Shown here: positions 1-8,996 of the stretch, in pieces
Layout of the letters: every line of letters begins with the position of its first letter
Numbering within the stretch: position 1 is the first letter of the stretch
Assembly (NCBI GenBank): GCA_021498095.1
Contig: JAIZWK010000001.1
Span: forward strand, 120,001-152,000
Length of the DNA: 32,000 bases
Origin: Candidatus Harpocratesius repetitus
GTDB lineage: Archaea > Asgardarchaeota > Lokiarchaeia > Sigyniarchaeales > Promethearchaeaceae
Reading direction: 5' to 3'
Made by a program: the position numbers and the translations under genes
Notes under the pieces: model-generated
What the model was told of the DNA's origin: nothing
Seen by the model: the letters and a program-made list of their open reading frames with translations, nothing else
Database searches by the model: none

Positions 1-83
1 GCAGAAGAGAGCAAATGGTAGTTAAGACAGCAAAATCAAAAGAATAACATAATCCATAAAAATATCGTCCCAACAATTCATTG

Positions 84-150
84 TGGCAGAAATTTTAGGT
101 TTATGGCAAAAATTACAAAACCTTTAGAAAAATTCTAATACAAATTCCAA
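84..150. repeat. Dispersed 67-bp repeat, copy 1
   Basis: 59/67 identical, ungapped, to 17982-18048; contains TTAGAA-N3-TTCTAA. Confidence 0.8.
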
Positions 151-292
151 GCCAAATTATACTCTACGTATCGGAATGCTAATATCACGTAGAAACCTTT
201 TTCTGGTAGAGAGCACCACCTACATGAATTGATCGCTTTCCTTATATTGTAGAAATAATATATTTATATTTTTATATATTCTATAATAATAT

Positions 293-625
293 ATGTCTTC
301 AAAAACTACGGTGGCAATTGATAAAGCGTTACGAAAAAAATTGAAAAAAATTGCTCTTTTCTTAGACCTCACCCAAAATGAGGTAATTGAAAAGGCGTTA
401 TCCTTATTAGAACAAAATATCATCACACAAATCAAAGAATCTTCGAATAAAGCAGCCCTAAATAGTTCTAATGATCCTATTAAAAATACATTAGATATAA
501 TTAGTCAGAAAGTCTGTGAAATTGATAGCAACCATAAAAAAATTCAAGAAATTTTATACAGTGGTCCAGAAACCATCGATGACATTATAACCTCAAATTG
601 GAATACAGGGCTGGGTATAGAATGA
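293..625 (+). CDS. Ribbon-helix-helix-type antitoxin (VapB-like), 110 aa
   Basis: N-terminus KTTVAIDKALRKKLKKIALFLDLTQNEVIEKAL fits a beta-strand-helix-helix DNA-binding motif; its TGA overlaps the ATG of the downstream PIN gene (ATGA, 622-625). Confidence 0.7.
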   Translation: MSSKTTVAIDKALRKKLKKIALFLDLTQNEVIEKALSLLEQNIITQIKESSNKAALNSSNDPIKNTLDIISQKVCEIDSNHKKIQEILYSGPETIDDIITSNWNTGLGIE

Positions 626-1065
626 AAAAGCAGAATATTATAGCTCTCGATTCCAATGTTTTCCGAAATCGGCAGTTTATTGATTATTTAATTTTCCACA
701 AAGATCGATTGAATATCGGTCTTCCCATAATTGTGCAGGTGGAAGTTGCATATTTTTATAAAATTAAAGGATTTTCTTGGGAAATTTTTAAAAAAGAAAT
801 GAAAAAGTTTGATGCGGTATTTATGGACTGGAAGATCGCAAATGTCGATGAAATTATCACCCGGATCTTTAACAACAAGCAGAATTTGTCATTCAAACAC
901 CATTTTCGAGACTATCTGATTGGGTTGCAAAGCGAAAAAGCAAATCGGAACCTTATCACATACAATACATCACATTTTAATTGGTTGAACAAGGTTGAGG
1001 TTAAAACCCCTGAAGATTTCGTAAAGGATCTTGAAAAAATTATAAAGAATGCAAAAACCAATTAA
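622..1065 (+). CDS. vapC: PIN-domain ribonuclease toxin (VapC-like), 147 aa
   Basis: PIN motifs IALDSNVF, VQVEVAY, RDYLIGLQ, LITYNTSHF. Start moved from the track's 598 to ATG 622 (4-bp overlap with the antitoxin). Confidence 0.8.
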   Translation: MKKQNIIALDSNVFRNRQFIDYLIFHKDRLNIGLPIIVQVEVAYFYKIKGFSWEIFKKEMKKFDAVFMDWKIANVDEIITRIFNNKQNLSFKHHFRDYLIGLQSEKANRNLITYNTSHFNWLNKVEVKTPEDFVKDLEKIIKNAKTN

Positions 1066-1233
1066 TTATTTTTACTTCAATACCTCGATTTCGGGGAATT
1101 CTTTTGAAATGTCTCACATCATCGGGTGATATCTCAAGATTATGGCCGTTTTTTACGCTGCACTCCATTCTAAAGGATTTTCTAATACATTACCAATGAA
1201 TTTTAATTTTTAAAATCGGCAAATCAAAACAAA

Positions 1234-1674
1234 ATGTCCGAAAAAAACACTCCTTCTTTGACTGATCAAATAAACGTCTACTTAAAAGCCATTGAATATA
1301 AGCGCAGCATCGGGAAAACTCAATGATCTATCTTTTCCTTATTTGCAACCGGTGCGGGAGCCGCATTTATTTACAGCTTTAAAGAACAGGAATGGATACC
1401 CCAACTTTTTATCCAGTTAACCGCAATTTTAATATTTTGGTTGGGTATTGTCTTTTATAACTTGTATCGCCGAATTAACAAAGGAGTGACTGAATTTCTG
1501 GTCCAGTTTGAATCATCGGTTAATTTCTTTCGTGATTTTCAAAAAACCATCAATGAAAACTATAAATCTAAAAGATCTTCTTCTCAAATATTAACATTTG
1601 CGGGCATGTTTTTGATGGTGCTCACAGCATTATACCAATTAATCCTCTATTTACAGAGATCTGGGGGTTTTTAG
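1234..1674 (+). pseudogene. Small membrane protein (about 3 TM helices, 146 codons) interrupted by an in-frame TGA at 1324-1326
   Basis: Manual translation from ATG 1234: MSEKNTPSLTDQINVYLKAIEYKRSIGKTQ*SIFSLFATGAGAAFIYSF...LFIQLTAILIFWLGIVFYNLY...ILTFAGMFLMVLTALYQLILYL. The track ORF 1441-1674 is its in-frame tail. The final TAG abuts the ATG at 1675. Confidence 0.6.
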
Positions 1675-2445
1675 ATGGTTCAAAACTATCCAGAAGATGC
1701 ATTTGAAAAGATCATGAAGAATGAGCAAAAACGATGGGGATTAACTTGTGTTTCTTTTTTACCCCATGATATTCAAGATAAGATTCAAAAGCTGCAAGAA
1801 ACCATATTAAATTGCTACGACAACCGAATTGCCCTAGAAAATTTATATAATAATTCTTTTATCCGATTCTATCAAAGAGAACAATTACACACGACCCATT
1901 ATACTTTAACACGAAGTCGTCCTGAAAACGCCTATATTAAGGCAGATATTCTAATAAAGGAAAATCAAATTTCATTCAGTAATTTCTACAATGCTTTCTT
2001 AAGTATTATCCCAAAAATAACGCCCTTTAGAATACGGTTTACAACATTAAAGCAAGCACATGATGGAATAGGATTTGTGCTGATGGGAAAAGTCGAACAG
2101 GATAATTCAGGAATTTCTTCAAGAGAACAGTTAATTAAAGAGATTAATTCAAGAATACGCCCTTATTTCAACTTATCTCCCAGGAAATATGATACTAAAG
2201 ATCATGATATCGTTCATTGTTACATCGGTTATGTCACAATTCCGCCCAAAAAAGACTTTATGGATTTTGCTAAGGAAGTAGAAGCGATTAACGTAGATAT
2301 CTCATATGAATGCGACGAGATATGGCTGATCCACCATTTTTACCGCACGATTCGACGTCCTCATGAAGGTGCAATTAAATTGAAATTAAATCAACCAGTT
2401 CCATACGATGAAGCAGAATTCTTTGAAAATTTACATTTATTTTAA
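1675..2445 (+). CDS. 2H-phosphoesterase-like protein, 256 aa
   Basis: Two spaced His motifs, QLHTTHYTL (HxT) and IVHCYIGY (HxT-like with Tyr in place of Thr/Ser), plus N-terminal WGLTCVSFLP strand. Confidence 0.55.
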   Translation: MVQNYPEDAFEKIMKNEQKRWGLTCVSFLPHDIQDKIQKLQETILNCYDNRIALENLYNNSFIRFYQREQLHTTHYTLTRSRPENAYIKADILIKENQISFSNFYNAFLSIIPKITPFRIRFTTLKQAHDGIGFVLMGKVEQDNSGISSREQLIKEINSRIRPYFNLSPRKYDTKDHDIVHCYIGYVTIPPKKDFMDFAKEVEAINVDISYECDEIWLIHHFYRTIRRPHEGAIKLKLNQPVPYDEAEFFENLHLF

Positions 2446-2488
2446 GTGAAAGTAAAAATAGGATTTGTTTAAGAACACAAATCTCTTA

Positions 2489-2848
2489 TCAATTGAGAGT
2501 CTTGATAAAGATAAAAATAAAGATAAAGATTTGATAATTAATCAAATTTAAAACCTTCAAAACACAGATCTGCTGAAAGTGGTCTGAATTACTTGTAATG
2601 ATTAAAATACCATTCAATTGCACCGCTGCTGTAAAAAATATATCACTCCATCCCATAGGTTCATAGGTTGTCCTTTTAAAATCGTAGCGTATAATTTTCC
2701 TGCGATTCAAGTTCATTTGATTTTCGTGCTCCATCAATTGCTTTTTCTATATGTCTTCAAATTCAGTGAAAAGTCCGAAAAAGGGATGTAAGTTTTGTTC
2801 TTTAAAGATTAAATGTTTTCGAAGCCATTTCAATATAATCGTATTTTC
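2489..2848 (-). pseudogene. Degenerate PIN-domain (VapC-like) remnant
   Basis: C-terminal PIN motif GWSDIFFTAAVQLNGILIITSNSDHF. The frame continues upstream through a TAG (2747-2749) into KWLRKHLIFKEQNL, resembling DYLIFHKDRL of the intact PIN gene. No start codon or N-terminal DxN motif found. Confidence 0.45.
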
Positions 2849-2867
2849 TTAGTTTGCTAATATTTAT

Positions 2868-4904
2868 TTAATCCAATTCATATTTCCTAAAACGGACGTG
2901 CCTAAATTCTTGAGTCATATGAATACTTCCATCATCTTTAATGGTTTTAGTCTTTTTTCTCTCAGTTGTAGCATAGATGGAGATGAAATCACATCTTTTA
3001 CAATAATTTACCATATGTATCGTTGCTCCAAAATCTCCTTGAATTAAAACAAAATCACCACGATTAAGTGTATCTTTTAACCATTTCTTAATTTCTGCTA
3101 GATAATCTGTAATACTGACAAGATCTGGAGGGATAGAACTCCATTTAGATTTTATTATGGAGGGGGGAATTATGAATTTTTCTATTCCAAAATCTTTAAA
3201 TAATTCTACTTTTTGATGCTCCAAAAGATGATGGGAAAAAAGTAAAGCGATCTGTTTCGATCTTTTTTCTTCTTCTTTATGAAGGAATAAATCAGGCGAA
3301 AAAAGGATTTTATAGTATTCAAACTTTTGATGAATTAAGTATTGTTTCCATTTATCAATATTTATTTTTACCTGTTTCTGAATTGCTTTTGCTTTACGGG
3401 GTTGATTTCGAAATCCTGCATGATTCAAGTCGTTTCTAAGGTCTCGTAAATCATATAATATTTGATAGATATTGACTGAAAAGAGATTGAAACAAGCCTT
3501 AATTTCTATCGGAAATGATTCATCATTAAATTGATTATTTTCGAATATTTGGGGATTCAGAGATCGTTCTTGAAGATTCAGAGATCTTTTTTGGGGATTA
3601 TAAAGGTTTGTAATTAATCTTGAGATATTTTCTTGTAATTCATATTTGTTTTTTTTAGCGAAGTATTCTTTCATTTCTTGAATTTTTAAGTAAAGGTTTA
3701 TTCCAGATTCCCCCTTTTTAATGGAATTTGACTTTGATTCATCATTATTCTTATTTTCTTGCAAAAAGAGATCGATCGATAATTCCAGCGATTTTAAGAG
3801 ATAATTTAGTACGAATTCTCGCATAAAAGTTACTGCTTGTTGAATTAAATCATGTTCTACACACCATTGAAGCACACCCAATTGATTAAGCAGTAATTGT
3901 TTATTTGAAATTGTGCTAATTTTTAAATCTGGTTTTATATTTGATTGAATTCCATCATTATTTGCTTTTTTTATTGAAGGAAAATAGGTCGCCCATAAAA
4001 AGGGTGAGAAATTCTCTTGAAACAATTTCATCAAAGGTTTCATAGGCTCTATTAAAAATGTTTGAAAATTGTTTAATTCTTCCAAGATTCCATTAGGATT
4101 GAAACCACAAATTGAAAGACCCCTACATGTCCGAATATTTAACAGAAAACTTTTGATTCTTGCGATTAATGAATTTATATTGCCGAGATTAGATTTTTCT
4201 AACTTATCTGCTTTTATTATACGTCGAGCAATTTCTCTCCTGTTCAGCACCTCGAGTTTCTCGGCTCTACCAAATCGGCTGAAATTATTAATCGCAATTG
4301 ACCAGTCCAATAAATCGTAAAACGGAGTCATATCAAATATCGGAACATTTCTATCTTTAACATCTTTCTTCTTCACCTCAGATATTGGTCCTAAGGTATC
4401 AAAAGCTCCATAATAGAGACCCCCAAGTGAGATGGACTTAACATTATATGCATAAACCAGAAAAATGATCGTTATAAGGGGGAGCGATCGAAAAGCATGA
4501 GTAATATCAAAAAAGATTTCATCGTTTGTGTGAATTTCATCTAAAATTTTATTAAAAATATCATACAGTTCATCTTCCGATTTTCCGATAGGAATTCTAA
4601 CCGTTTTAATATTTTTAACCGAAATTGGAAGTTCTGCTTCTTGGAGACAAGATTTCAATCCTTTTGAGATTATTGCATGCCCGTTCTTATCTCTGTGACC
4701 ATTATCTTCCCAATTTTTCTTTTTTGCTTCTTCCGTCAAAAAGAATACCAGCCTATCCTTTGAAGAAAAAGATTTCTCTGAACAAAGATATTTTATAGTA
4801 GCAATTTGAACATATCGTATATTATTTGCGGTTACAGTGCCGATAGAATAGTTTGCGGGAAGATAGTTATTTGTTCCTAAAAATGTTAAGAAGACTTTTG
4901 CCAT
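2868..4904 (-). CDS. csx1: Csx1-type CARF-HEPN ribonuclease (TIGR02221-like) with fused C-terminal Csx20-like domain, 678 aa
   Basis: CARF motifs FLTFLGTNNY, FFDITHAFRSLPLI, YYGAFD; HEPN RxxxxH motif RNDLNH; last ~125 aa (LLFSHHLL...WSSIPP...LIQGDFGAT...YATTER...FRHVRFRKY) match the Csx20 pattern. Confidence 0.85.
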   Translation of the reverse strand: MAKVFLTFLGTNNYLPANYSIGTVTANNIRYVQIATIKYLCSEKSFSSKDRLVFFLTEEAKKKNWEDNGHRDKNGHAIISKGLKSCLQEAELPISVKNIKTVRIPIGKSEDELYDIFNKILDEIHTNDEIFFDITHAFRSLPLITIIFLVYAYNVKSISLGGLYYGAFDTLGPISEVKKKDVKDRNVPIFDMTPFYDLLDWSIAINNFSRFGRAEKLEVLNRREIARRIIKADKLEKSNLGNINSLIARIKSFLLNIRTCRGLSICGFNPNGILEELNNFQTFLIEPMKPLMKLFQENFSPFLWATYFPSIKKANNDGIQSNIKPDLKISTISNKQLLLNQLGVLQWCVEHDLIQQAVTFMREFVLNYLLKSLELSIDLFLQENKNNDESKSNSIKKGESGINLYLKIQEMKEYFAKKNKYELQENISRLITNLYNPQKRSLNLQERSLNPQIFENNQFNDESFPIEIKACFNLFSVNIYQILYDLRDLRNDLNHAGFRNQPRKAKAIQKQVKINIDKWKQYLIHQKFEYYKILFSPDLFLHKEEEKRSKQIALLFSHHLLEHQKVELFKDFGIEKFIIPPSIIKSKWSSIPPDLVSITDYLAEIKKWLKDTLNRGDFVLIQGDFGATIHMVNYCKRCDFISIYATTERKKTKTIKDDGSIHMTQEFRHVRFRKYELD

Positions 4905-4948
4905 ATGATTATATTAAATTCGTCATCTAAATAATCTTCATCTTTTTA

Positions 4949-5437
4949 GAGTGGAGTATCTCCTTGATAGTTTCAAGCTTGTAGGTGTGGGCGAACCACA
5001 AGAAACAAGGTTCAAAAAATCCTATTTCAATTATCTCTTTGATAGTTTTAAGCTTACAGATCAAAATGCAAGAAAATTCTCTTTGGTGAATATTATATAT
5101 TTCGATTATCTCTTTGATAATTTTAAGCTTGCAGGTCAAACACAGGATCTATCGCATTTGCTCAGTATAAATAATTTCAATTATCTCTTTAATAGTCTTA
5201 AGCTTGCAGGAATTTCCTAATGTTCAAATTGAATTTAAGAGAGTTAGACCATTTCAATTATCTCTTTGATAGTTTTAAGCTTGCAGGCATTTATATTTTA
5301 TTTCTGTAAATGCTAAAAATTTAAAATTTCAATTATCTCTTTGATAGTTTTAAGCTTGCAGGAATAATTCCTTCCGTGATATCGATTAATTTTACAATAT
5401 ATTTCAATTATCTCTTTAATAGTCTTAAGCTTGCAGC
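4949..5437 (-). CRISPR. CRISPR array 1: 7 repeats (37 bp), 6 spacers (38-40 bp)
   Basis: Repeats at 4949 (degenerate), 5024, 5099, 5174, 5251, 5326, 5401; plus-strand consensus ATTTCAATTATCTCTTTGATAGTTTTAAGCTTGCAGG. Minus orientation inferred from the ATTGAAAT 3' end and the degenerate left-hand repeat. Confidence 0.95.
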
Positions 5438-5471
5438 GACAAAATAAATAAATCTAACAATACGCCCAAAA

Positions 5472-5479
5472 TTTATAAA
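5472..5479 (-). promoter_or_regulatory. Candidate TATA box for array 1
   Basis: TTTATAAA 35 bp upstream of the first repeat in array orientation; the same motif lies in the array 2 leader. Confidence 0.35.
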
Positions 5480-5490
5480 ACTACAGCAAA

Positions 5491-5894
5491 TATTACTTCA
5501 ATCTTTATCTAGAATCGCTATCCCTACACCTAATCGCCTATCTTGATTTGGTTGAAAAACAAAAAAAATCGATGAGATATATCCCGTTAAATTGAAAATA
5601 GTGTCATAATTTCCATAAAATGGAAATATATTAGTCAGAGAACACCATATCCAACTACCAATCCAAGCTCTCCTTTTGGAAGAGCATTTCAACACATTTA
5701 TTCATAAAGGCAAACTAATATACATCGCCAACAAGCAGTTTAAAACATATTGGCAGGAAATTTCCATTGATATGAAAAAAGTGGTCTTGAAGACGGTTGA
5801 TTAAATGCATAAGAGCATAATTTCCGAGGATTTACCCCCAGTAATCAAAAATCTAAGAAAATGTAGAATCTGCGATTTTCGATATATATGTTAA
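5491..5894 (+). pseudogene. cas4: 5'-truncated, frameshifted cas4
   Basis: LYLESLSLHLIAYLDLVEK / frameshift in A-run ~5560 / DEIYPVKLK...EHHIQLPIQALLLEEHF...LPPVIKNLRKCRICDFRYIC*. These are the RecB-like D...K motif, the Q motif and the three C-terminal Fe-S cysteines. In-frame TAA at 5607, 5616 and 5802. Confidence 0.8.
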
Positions 5895-6087
5895 ATCAAG
5901 TGATAAAAAACTATTGTATAAAAAGCTATTAAAAATACAAAGCTGAAAATTTAAATTAGGCAATAATCTAAAAAGTTGATAGCATATCTAAAATTATCCA
6001 TGGAATCAAGAAAAAATATATCCATCAAAAATGATCAAAACTTTTTTAAGATAATTGCATTAAGTTAGAAAATAAAGAGGAAAATAA

Positions 6088-7182
6088 ATGAAAAAAAGTA
6101 TATTTGAATGTGAAGTTGTAACTCCAATGTTTCTTATGGGTGCAAATAAAGAAAAAAATGTTGAATTAAGAGCACCGTCTTTTAAAGGAGCAATGCGATT
6201 CTGGTGGAGAGCGATAAATAGTAAAGAGAATAATAATAAACTCAATGAAGAAGAATCTAAAATTTTTGGAGCAAGTAGTGAAAAAATCGGAAAATCTAAA
6301 TTTATTTTACGAGTAGAACATTCAAAAATTATGCATGGTAATACTCTTTGGGATGAAATTCCATTTGATACAAAGATTTTAGCTAAAAACAAAGAAAATA
6401 AACAACCAAAGGAAGAATATAAAGGACTTTCATATTTACTTTATTCTGTACATAGAATTTCAGATTATCCTTATATTAAACCAGGGACATCATTTAAAAT
6501 TGTTTTATCTTCAAATTATAGTAATGCCTTAAAAGAAGCATCTTGGTCTCTCTTATTTTTATCATTTTTTGGTGCTATTGGAAAGAGAAGTAGAAGAGGT
6601 GCAGGTTCATTTAGGATAAAAAAAATTATAACTAATGAAAACCTAGAATATAATCTAATAAACTTAATTAATGTCAATTCCAAAGAAGATTTAAAAACAT
6701 TTATCGAAAATGAATTAAAACCGAAGATTTCAATAATAAAAAATAATACATACTCTACATTAAGTGGCGCAAAAATATATATTTTCGATCCTGAAAATAA
6801 TTGGAAAGAAGCATTAAAAAAAATAGGGAATTTTTATTATGATTTTAGACAAAAAATAAAAAAAAAAATAGAATTAGGTCCTAACTTTGGATTTCCAATA
6901 GTTCATCACAATAAAAACAATAAAATAATAATGGGTGCGGCTATAAAAAATAACAACAAGCCAAGAAAGTTCAAGAACAGAAGAGCTTCACCTTTAATAT
7001 TTAAGGTCATAAAAACGAATGAAAATAACTATTTTCCAATAATTACTTGGCTAAATGGTGATTTTCTTCCAAATAACTTTCAAATTACTGATAAAAAAGG
7101 TAAAAAGTGGGCACAGCCAAATAGCACTGTTATTGATGATTTCTTTAAAGAATTAAAAGACAAAGAGGAGATTACATTATAA
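6088..7182 (+). CDS. cmr1: Type III-B RAMP Cmr1
   Basis: CEVVTPMFLMGA, ELRAPSFKGAMRFWWRA, GAIGKRSRRGAGS, RRASPLIF. Confidence 0.95.
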   Translation: MKKSIFECEVVTPMFLMGANKEKNVELRAPSFKGAMRFWWRAINSKENNNKLNEEESKIFGASSEKIGKSKFILRVEHSKIMHGNTLWDEIPFDTKILAKNKENKQPKEEYKGLSYLLYSVHRISDYPYIKPGTSFKIVLSSNYSNALKEASWSLLFLSFFGAIGKRSRRGAGSFRIKKIITNENLEYNLINLINVNSKEDLKTFIENELKPKISIIKNNTYSTLSGAKIYIFDPENNWKEALKKIGNFYYDFRQKIKKKIELGPNFGFPIVHHNKNNKIIMGAAIKNNNKPRKFKNRRASPLIFKVIKTNENNYFPIITWLNGDFLPNNFQITDKKGKKWAQPNSTVIDDFFKELKDKEEITL

Positions 7183-8996
7183 TGGAACATTTATTCTTAT
7201 TTACTATTAGCCCAGTTCAATCTTTTATTGCCCAAGCACGAAAAACTCAAGATCTATATGCAGGAAGCTTATTACTATCAGAACTTATTGATTTTGCAAT
7301 ACATGAACTAAAAAAAATTATATCTAGTACAAATTTGAAATTAATTTTTCCAAATGAAAATTCTTCGCATAAACCCAACCGATTTGTCGCAATAATAAAA
7401 GATTATGATGTTAAAAAAATAGGAGAAAAATTAACAGAATTTACCAAAAAAAAATTTGAGGAAATTGCACTAAGTGTTTTAAAAAAGTCAAATATTAATG
7501 TTACTCCCAATTTTCAACGTATTTTTTTAAATCAGATAAATACACACCTCCAGATTTATTGGATTGTTATTCAATTTGATGAGAATAACTATTATGAGAT
7601 ATATAAAAATCTCGAGTCTAAACTCGGTTCCATCAAAAATATCAGAGCTTTTGAACAACTGAAAGAACTCGGAAGAAAGTGTTCATTATGTGGTAAAAGA
7701 AATGTTCTTTTTTATAAAAAAACAAATGATGAAAAAACAAATAATATATTTGTAAAAAGAAAAGATGGTTTATTAAATAAATTATATGTTAGATCTAATG
7801 AAATAATGTTTATCGAAAATAATTCAAAAATCCAAGACGGTGAAGGTCTTTGTGGAATTTGCTTTACAAAAAGATTTTTCACACAAAATGAATTTCCATC
7901 TACTGCAAAAATTGCAATAATCACTTGGCTTAAAAAAATCCCAGATGATAAAAAAAGCAAATTCGAGAATCAATTTAAAAATTTTAATATGCAATTTTAT
8001 TTTGAAGAAAATCTCATAATAGATAAACTTTCGATTTCTGAAAATATTTCCAAAAAAGAACAACTTATTCTTGATGCTAAAAGACAATTGGAAGAATTCT
8101 ATAAAATAAAAATTGATGGTAATGAAATAGGAAAGCCACCAAAATATTATGCTTTGATAATGTTTGATGGAGATTATATGGGAAAATGGTTATCAGGAAA
8201 ATATCTCAAAAAAAAGGAAGAACTTAAAGATTTTCAATCCAAAATAACCGAAAAATTGAATTCTTTTGCAAATAATTCTAAAAAAATAATTGAGCAAAAT
8301 GGAGAAGGAAAGCTAGTATATGCTGGTGGTGATGACATTCTTGCATTTCTCAATTTGAATTATTTATTTGCTGTAATTAAAAATTTAAGGTTTAAATTTC
8401 CAGAATTTGAAAAACTTGGTTTTGAATTAAATGAAATTGATATAAAGTCCACTGCATCCTGTGGTATTGTTATTGCTCACTATAAAGCACCTCTTTCAGA
8501 AGTATTGAAATGGACCAGAATAATGGAAAAAGAAGCGAAATCAATTGATAACCAAAAAGATGCTTTTGCAATTACTGTACTTAAACATTCAGGTGATATT
8601 TGTAGTGCGAAATTCCATTGGAATTATGAAGTTACCAATGATACATTTCAAAATTCAATTAAAATTATTGAGTACCTTATTAAAACTTTAGAAAATGGTA
8701 ATTTTTCGCCAGCATTTATAAAAAATATTAATTTTGAATTCAAAAAATTGTTTAATCAAGAAAAAACATATAGAGAAATATCCATTTTTAGAACAGAATT
8801 AAAAAGACTAATCAAACAATCATGCTTAATAAAAAAGAATCAAAATGAGACAAAAGAAGATTTTTTACAAAGAAAGAAAAAGGAAATAAATACATTGACA
8901 AATCATTTAATGGTTCTATATTCAAAGAGTACAATACAAAATTTTATTTCGGCTTTAAATATCCTATATTTTATTAAGAGCGGTGATCAAAAGTGA
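7182..8996 (+). CDS. cas10: Cas10/Cmr2 lacking an HD domain, cyclase motif intact, 604 aa
   Basis: Starts directly with FTISPVQSFIAQARKTQDLYAGS; PNRF; Zn-finger CSLCG...LCGIC; MFDGDYMGKWL; VYAGGDDILAF. Confidence 0.95.
   Translation: MEHLFLFTISPVQSFIAQARKTQDLYAGSLLLSELIDFAIHELKKIISSTNLKLIFPNENSSHKPNRFVAIIKDYDVKKIGEKLTEFTKKKFEEIALSVLKKSNINVTPNFQRIFLNQINTHLQIYWIVIQFDENNYYEIYKNLESKLGSIKNIRAFEQLKELGRKCSLCGKRNVLFYKKTNDEKTNNIFVKRKDGLLNKLYVRSNEIMFIENNSKIQDGEGLCGICFTKRFFTQNEFPSTAKIAIITWLKKIPDDKKSKFENQFKNFNMQFYFEENLIIDKLSISENISKKEQLILDAKRQLEEFYKIKIDGNEIGKPPKYYALIMFDGDYMGKWLSGKYLKKKEELKDFQSKITEKLNSFANNSKKIIEQNGEGKLVYAGGDDILAFLNLNYLFAVIKNLRFKFPEFEKLGFELNEIDIKSTASCGIVIAHYKAPLSEVLKWTRIMEKEAKSIDNQKDAFAITVLKHSGDICSAKFHWNYEVTNDTFQNSIKIIEYLIKTLENGNFSPAFIKNINFEFKKLFNQEKTYREISIFRTELKRLIKQSCLIKKNQNETKEDFLQRKKKEINTLTNHLMVLYSKSTIQNFISALNILYFIKSGDQK

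Noticed and set aside
4927-5220. ORFs 4927-5139 (-) and 4951-5220 (+)
   Set aside because: Read-through of array 1 repeats and spacers.
5498-5695. 65-aa minus-strand ORF
   Set aside because: Antisense shadow of the cas4 pseudogene, which has clear motifs on the plus strand.
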